Shown piece by piece: positions 27,687-32,000 of a stretch of 32,000 nucleotides of DNA; the first letter of the stretch is position 1; every line of letters starts with the position of its first letter. The position numbers were made by a program, and so were the translations under genes. Source of the DNA: Gemmata obscuriglobus (lineage in GTDB: Bacteria > Planctomycetota > Planctomycetia > Gemmatales > Gemmataceae); the NCBI RefSeq assembly GCF_008065095.1, contig NZ_CP042911.1:7860001-7892000 (forward strand). The letters run 5' to 3'. The notes beneath the pieces were generated by a model. The model was not told the origin of the DNA. It saw only the letters and a program-made list of their open reading frames with translations, and ran no database searches.

Positions 27687-28052
27687 TCAGTACAACCGAG
27701 TCACATTTGTGATCAACTCGTCGCTCGCGAACGGCTTGGTGAGGTACGCGTCGGCCCCCTGCTTCATGCCCCAGAACTTGTCCGCGTCCTGGTTCTTGGT
27801 GGTCAGCATGAGCACCTTGATGTGCTGCGTCTCGGGCGCGGACTTGAGCTGTCGGCACACCTGGTAGCCGTTCTTCTTGGGCATCACCACGTCCAGCACA
27901 ATCAGGCGGGGCTGCTCGCGCCCGGCCTTCTCGATGGCCTCGTCGCCGTCGGCCGCGGTGATCACGCGGTACCCCTTGGCCTGGAGCGCGGAAACCACCA
28001 CCCGCTGTTCGGTGGGGCTGTCGTCTACCACGAGGATCGTGTCGTTCGGCAT
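27687..28052 (-). CDS. cheY: Single-domain CheY-like response regulator (PilH position)
   Basis: Start is placed at ATG 28052 (MPNDTILVVDDSPTEQ), preceded by CCGGAGA. Phospho-acceptor context IVLDVVMPKKNG, then LMLTTKN and AYLTKPF. Confidence 0.9.
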   Translation of the reverse strand: MPNDTILVVDDSPTEQRVVVSALQAKGYRVITAADGDEAIEKAGREQPRLIVLDVVMPKKNGYQVCRQLKSAPETQHIKVLMLTTKNQDADKFWGMKQGADAYLTKPFASDELITNVTRLY

Positions 28053-28067
28053 CGAAGCATCTCCGGT

Positions 28068-28108
28068 TGAAAGAACAAAAGGCGGGTCGCCCGCGCCGGC
28101 CGTCCGCC
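28068..28108 (-). terminator. Terminator/attenuator-like GC hairpin plus T tract between the first and second operon genes
   Basis: The minus strand reads GGCGG-ACGGCCGGC-GCGGG-CGA-CCCGC-C followed by TTTTGTTCTTTC. Outer arms are 28104-28108 / 28081-85, with a nested GCGGG/CCCGC 5-bp stem. It lies 14 nt after the upstream stop and is immediately followed by the cheY RBS. Confidence 0.35.
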
Positions 28109-28121
28109 GGCGCGGCACGGG

Positions 28122-29402
28122 TCAGCCCGGCGGCGCCTTCGCGATCGGGGCCAGCCGGGTCACGGTTTCCAGCAGCTTGTCGGCCTCGAACGGCTTGGTC
28201 ACGTAGTCCGCGGCCCCGACCCAGCGGCCGTGGAGCTTGTTCAGCAGCCCCGTCTTGCCGGTCAGGAACACGACCGGCACGGTGGCCGTCTCGGCCGTGG
28301 CTCGCAAGAACTTGCACAGGCCGAACCCGTCGATCCCGGGCATGTTGATGTCGAGTATGAACAGCTGCGGCGGCCCCGAGTCGCGGACCAGCCGGGACGC
28401 CTCCTCGGCGCCGTGCGCGAGGACCACCGAGTACCCGGCGGCGGTGAGGAGGCTGGACACCATCATGCGCACCGTGGCGCTGTCGTCCACGACCATCACT
28501 TTGGGGCCGGGGGCGGGGGCCGGGGCCGGGGCGCTCTCGGCGCGGGCCGCGCCGGCGCCGGTCTCCCGCTGGGCACTGAGGAACCGGACCGCGTCGGCGC
28601 GCCACGGCGGCCCCGGCGGCGCGGCCTTTTGGACCGCCGCCTGAAGCGCCCGGACCGCGAAGTCGGTGTAGCCGAGGTTCAGGTAAGCGAGGCCCAGGGC
28701 GTGGGCCGTGTCGGCGCTGGGGTCCGTGGTCCAGGCGGCCTTGAGACGCCGGGCCGCGGCCTCAACGAGTGCCCGGTCGACCCCGGGGGCCGGGGCGTCG
28801 AACAGTTCGGGCCGGTCGAGGGCGGTCACCGCCCCGCACCCCGGGCAGGTGGTGGTGACGGTGTCGTCGGCCGCCGCGGAGTGCTCGCACAGCGGGCAGC
28901 GCCAGGGGGGGGCCGGGGCGGGCCCGAGCCGAGCCCGCAGCTTCGCCAGCCCGGCCTTGGCCTGGGCGCTGGCGGGGTTGCGCTTGAGCACCTGTTCGAG
29001 GAACGTGATCGCGGTGCCCGGGTCGTCGGTGACCCCGGCGCGCCACAGCCAGGCGGCCTCGTTGGTGGCGTCCAGTTCCGTCGCCTCGGTGAGCAGTCGC
29101 GCGGCCGCCGCCCGGTCGTTCGCCCGGGCGGCCTCCACCCCGGCCCGGAACACGGCCTGCGGCAGGGCCGCGAGGGCGGTCGGGTTGCTGGCGTTGAGGT
29201 TCAGCGTGGCCCGGATCCCGATCAGCGCGTCGACCGGCTTTTCCGCGGTGCTGGCGTACCAGAGCCAAGCGGCTTCGTTCCGGGGGTCCCGCTCAGTGAT
29301 TTCCCCGAACAGCGCGTGCGCGCGGGCCTTCTCGCCGCCGTGGGCGGCCTTCATGGCCTCGCGGAGCAAGTGGACCAGCTTTGGCGACATTGACGGCTGC
29401 AT
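28122..29402 (-). CDS. TPR-like repeats + CxxC..CxxC zinc ribbon + C-terminal REC response regulator (PilG position)
   Basis: 426 aa. Two DP(R/T)NEAAWLW TPR-like signatures. Zinc-ribbon motif WRCPLCEH..TTCPGCGA (28836-28898). Ala/Pro linker. REC domain at 28125-28502 (VMVVDDSATV, FILDINMPGIDG, VVFLTGK, YVTKPF). Confidence 0.88.
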   Translation of the reverse strand: MQPSMSPKLVHLLREAMKAAHGGEKARAHALFGEITERDPRNEAAWLWYASTAEKPVDALIGIRATLNLNASNPTALAALPQAVFRAGVEAARANDRAAAARLLTEATELDATNEAAWLWRAGVTDDPGTAITFLEQVLKRNPASAQAKAGLAKLRARLGPAPAPPWRCPLCEHSAAADDTVTTTCPGCGAVTALDRPELFDAPAPGVDRALVEAAARRLKAAWTTDPSADTAHALGLAYLNLGYTDFAVRALQAAVQKAAPPGPPWRADAVRFLSAQRETGAGAARAESAPAPAPAPGPKVMVVDDSATVRMMVSSLLTAAGYSVVLAHGAEEASRLVRDSGPPQLFILDINMPGIDGFGLCKFLRATAETATVPVVFLTGKTGLLNKLHGRWVGAADYVTKPFEADKLLETVTRLAPIAKAPPG

Positions 29403-29407
29403 AGCAA

Positions 29408-29486
29408 GTCAAATTCGTTTATTTTTTGTTTCAGACTGTCGGGAATACCGTAAGCATGCGGGACGAACCGAACGTGGTCAAATTCG
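29408..29486. repeat. Direct 10-bp repeat GTCAAATTCG x2 in the operon upstream region
   Basis: Copies at 29408-29417 and 29477-29486, 69 bp apart, inside the AT-richer stretch immediately upstream of the first operon gene. Confidence 0.6.
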
Positions 29487-29518
29487 CATGGGTGTTTATT
29501 GCCGGTCGAATTATGGCA

Positions 29519-29533
29519 GTGAAATAATTTCAC
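29519..29533. promoter_or_regulatory. Perfect 7-1-7 palindrome GTGAAAT-A-ATTTCAC; candidate operator
   Basis: Read directly from the sequence. Lies 117-131 bp upstream of the operon start codon (29402). Confidence 0.3.
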
Positions 29534-30120
29534 CTGTGGTCCGAGAGTGAGGTGTTACGCGATGTGGCGTTCTGCGCCCCGGAGCGCGGCACCGACACGA
29601 ACAGTCGCCGCGCGTGTCACTCGTGCCGCGGCGGCGGCCGCTCAAGGGCCTGCGGACCGGGCGCGCGGCGTTTTTGAGTTAGGCCGGGGGGCGAGCCGAC
29701 CGTCGTTACACGTCCCAAGGGCGGGAGCAAAACGTTGCCGTGAACGGGTTCGTGTTGCGCGCGAATTGGTGTTGGGTACGTTGCGGCGTGTGGATCCGTG
29801 CGCAGCTCTTCACGTTCGGAGCTGATCGGGGAGTTGGCGAGTGTCGGGTGACGTGACGGCCGTAACCAGTTCCGATCTCTCGGGCACGCGGCCGAGCGGG
29901 TCGAGGCGGGGGCACCCCGAGCTATCCCTGAGAACCTCTCGCTTCGACGCAACAACGCAATACCGATATGATATTATAAATAAATATTTATATACACGAT
30001 CGAAATGTAAAAATTATCTTACCATATCCAGTTAATCGACGGGGATGACTTCTCCCCCGATTCGGCGTGACGGCGCCCCAGAAGGCGCTCTCGCTCACAT
30101 CCCGCCCCAACAACCTCACG

Positions 30121-30438
30121 CTACCGTCCCCGAACCCGCACAGCAGCCCTCCCGGATGAACGATTGCGGGACTGGCGAGTCAGAGGGATGACGCCTACGG
30201 CAAGAAGGTCTGGGTCGACATTATTGCCAGCTACGTTCGGCCAAGCATCTTTATTCGCACCGGCGAAGTTGTGGGAGGCTCGCACCACTTGTTTGAGCGC
30301 GTTCGTGTTCCGCACTCGCTGAGCCGCTTCCCGGACCTTTTGAACGGCGGGCAGCAACAAAGCAAGGAGCATGGCCAGAATGGTAATTGCGATGAGCAAC
30401 TCAATCAGAGTAAATGCCGGCCTCAATTGACGAGCCAT
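30121..30438 (-). CDS. Truncated DUF1559 / prepilin-type N-terminal methylation-domain protein (probable gene fragment)
   Basis: N-terminus [36 protein letters not shown] matches the type IV pilin-like leader and helix of planctomycete DUF1559 proteins. The ORF is only 105 aa, versus about 300 expected, and ends in an Arg-rich tail. Confidence 0.6.
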   Translation of the reverse strand: MARQLRPAFTLIELLIAITILAMLLALLLPAVQKVREAAQRVRNTNALKQVVRASHNFAGANKDAWPNVAGNNVDPDLLAVGVIPLTRQSRNRSSGRAAVRVRGR

Positions 30439-30619
30439 TCCGATGGCACTCCCATAGAAGCCCTGGCAAAGCTACTGCGGCCGTCGCGCACCAGGTCCAT
30501 GGCCATCAATACCGAGAGTCGTCGGCACGTGAGTTTGGTGAAGCGGGAAGCCCGAACAGGCACGAGGTCGTGAGCGCCGGGTGGCAAACTCATGACGGCC
30601 GCCCGTGCGCCGCAGGTGC

Positions 30620-30867
30620 TTCAGCGCCCCTCACGCACCCGACCGCGGACGGTCACAGAATCGGCATCAGCCAGGCTCAGGGCGTTGGGCACGCTCCCCG
30701 CGCGCAGTTCCGCAACGATGCGGTTTGTACTCCGCGATCGATTCCGGGGAATTGTGCATTACGAGGTAAACAGTCCGGCGATTCCCGCCCATGGAAAAGC
30801 GGACATCGGCTTGGTCGGAAGGCTTGTGGTGGGCGTAGACGGGGACGGATTCTTTCTTCGGCGGCAT
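30620..30867 (-). pseudogene. Remnant of a tyrosine integrase N-terminus (frameshifted, truncated)
   Basis: MPPKKESVPVYAHHKPSDQADVRFSMGGNRRTVYLVMHNSPESIAEYK resembles the N-terminal arm of planctomycete phage-type integrases (..Y.HK.SG.A.V....R..YLG.YGSPES..EY). After a 1-nt shift near 30725 the reading continues as RIVAELRAGS... No catalytic domain follows. Lies 112 nt from the 3' end of tRNA-Lys. Confidence 0.5.
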
Positions 30868-30978
30868 GGCTCACTAGGGATACGGCGTAAGACTACGCCG
30901 CTTCCTGACTGATCCGGCCGCACTCCCGAACGTCGAGAGGTAAGCTTAACTGCTTCGGCAGAAAGGAATTACAAACAG

Positions 30979-31051
30979 TGCGCCCGCTCGGATTCGAACC
31001 GAGGACCAAGCGGTTAAAAGCCGCTTGCTCTACCAGCTGAGCTACAGGCGC
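30979..31051 (-). tRNA. tRNA-Lys (anticodon UUU), 73 nt, CCA not encoded
   Basis: The reverse complement is GCGCCTG-TA-GCTC-AGCTGGTA-GAGC-A-AGCGG-CTTTTAA-CCGCT-TGGTC-CTCGG-TTCGAAT-CCGAG-CGGGCGC-A. The cloverleaf is regular, with one G-U pair in the acceptor stem. Confidence 0.93.
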
Positions 31052-31335
31052 GTGAACAGCTTGCACGCATCTACGATAGGAACACCGGCAATAGTTTCCA
31101 GTTGTTCATCTCCGGTAACCTGCCATTTTTCCAGTTAGATCACGCCGCAGCTTTCGCGGCGCAGGTTGGACCGTGACCACATTCCGGGCCGTGTTCGCCC
31201 GGTTGCAGGCCGCTCACGTGCGCGTCGTCAGGAAGTTCTTCTGAGTTGTATCCAAGGCGACCGGTTCCGACTTCAATCGTGGACCGAGAGCGTTCACCAC
31301 GCCGGTGTGGTACCAGGGCCTTTCCTTGATTCACT

Positions 31336-32000
31336 CTACGTAACTCCGATAAGTCCCTTGGCCATTGCCGGGTCCATCTGGAGCCGCTCGATCGCCTCCG
31401 GGCAACTCACCGCCTTGACCTCACGCCACAGGTGCACCACGGCGTTCCGCAGCGCCGCCAGCACCTGTGGTGCGTGCCCCATGCGCACACGACACGCGTC
31501 CTCGCCCAGTGTCACGTCACGCACGTAATGCAGTTCGTTCTCGATGCGCCAGTGCGTCCGCACATGGTTCAGGAGTGTGGCCGCATCCGCCTTCTCGGCC
31601 GACAGGCTCGTGATGCCGAAATGCACTTCGACCGTCGTTTGGCCTCGGACCGTCCGCTCACGCGTCAACTGGAAGCCCTGCTTCACCCCCGCCCACGTCG
31701 GCGAGCACGTCAGAATCGAGGTCGTTTGCAGCGTCCGCTTCTCGATGCGGCCGTGACCCTTATCGACGGTCGTGGCGATGCGGCTCGGGGCGGGCGGAGG
31801 CCGATCCCCAGGGGGAAGTGGCCGCCGCGATCGATCGGGCGGCGGTCTCGAAGGCGAACCCGGCTCGGATGTCGATCCCCAATCCGGGTTGGTTGTCCTT
31901 CACCGTGAGCACGTAGTCGCCGCCGGCCCCGACCACCTCCTCGGCCAGGTCTCGCTGGCAGAACATGGCGTCGCCGACCACGACCTTCCCTCGCAGCGGC
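31336..32000 (-). pseudogene. ISAs1-family transposase, frameshifted; N-terminus beyond the right edge
   Basis: Two frames must be joined. The upstream frame reads GKVVVGDAMFCQRDLAEEVVGAGGDYVLTVKDNQPGL (31760-32000, open at the window edge). The downstream frame reads TVDKGHGRIEKRTL..THWRIENELHYVRDVTLGEDACRVRMGHAPQVLAALRN (to stop 31336). The frame change lies near 31790-31860. Confidence 0.85.

Noticed and set aside
17250-29402. Very high G+C of the chemosensory operon as evidence of horizontal transfer
   Set aside because: Hand counts give about 80% in cheA lines versus about 55% in the prenyltransferase-repeat gene. However, the NRPS gene at the other end of the window is equally GC-rich, and the MCP is intermediate. 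Composition read by eye therefore does not discriminate, and a proper genome-wide analysis is needed.
30414-30912. Plus-strand ORFs 30414-30890 (158 aa) and 30592-30912 (106 aa)
   Set aside because: They have no motifs, and part of them lies antisense to the integrase remnant. Composition is typical of shadow ORFs.

Overview
High-GC window, about 55-80% GC by hand counts of single lines. Gene content looks planctomycete (Gemmataceae-like): a DUF1592/PSCyt + DUF1552 pair, a DUF1559 prepilin-like gene and a secreted prenyltransferase-repeat protein. This taxonomic call is inference only. Layout, left to right: (1) a large minus-strand NRPS (A-PCP plus tandem membrane-embedded C-terminal domains, Pls/PosA-like) that runs off the left edge and is missing from the ORF track. 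(2) Housekeeping genes: endonuclease V, a FlgM-like protein, a Fur-family regulator, a small hypothetical and long-form serine acetyltransferase. (3) The secreted prenyltransferase-repeat protein and the DUF1552/DUF1592 pair. (4) An intact 1068-bp IS with 17-bp inverted repeats and a 6-bp target duplication. (5) An ORF-free stretch, tRNA-Leu(GAG) with a canonical terminator, and an alpha/beta hydrolase + ricin-lectin pair. (6) A 12-kb, eight-gene minus-strand chemosensory operon (17480-29402). (7) A decayed mobile-DNA junction: a truncated DUF1559 gene, an integrase N-terminal remnant, tRNA-Lys(UUU) and a frameshifted ISAs1 transposase that runs off the right edge. The main finding is the chemosensory operon. 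Its gene order (REC, REC, CheW, MCP, CheR, hybrid CheA, CheB, CheW) is that of Pseudomonas pilGHIJK-chpABC. Three proteins carry unusual additions: TPR + zinc ribbon on the first REC, a roughly 450-aa proline-rich/DUF11-like extension on the CheW, and a CheW-CheW tandem. The kinase also contains a 14-aa PPDF tandem repeat. No rRNA or CRISPR array was seen. Most long ORFs on the opposite strand or in alternate frames are Arg/Gly/Pro-rich shadows typical of high-GC DNA. All family assignments come from motifs read by eye; no database search was run.
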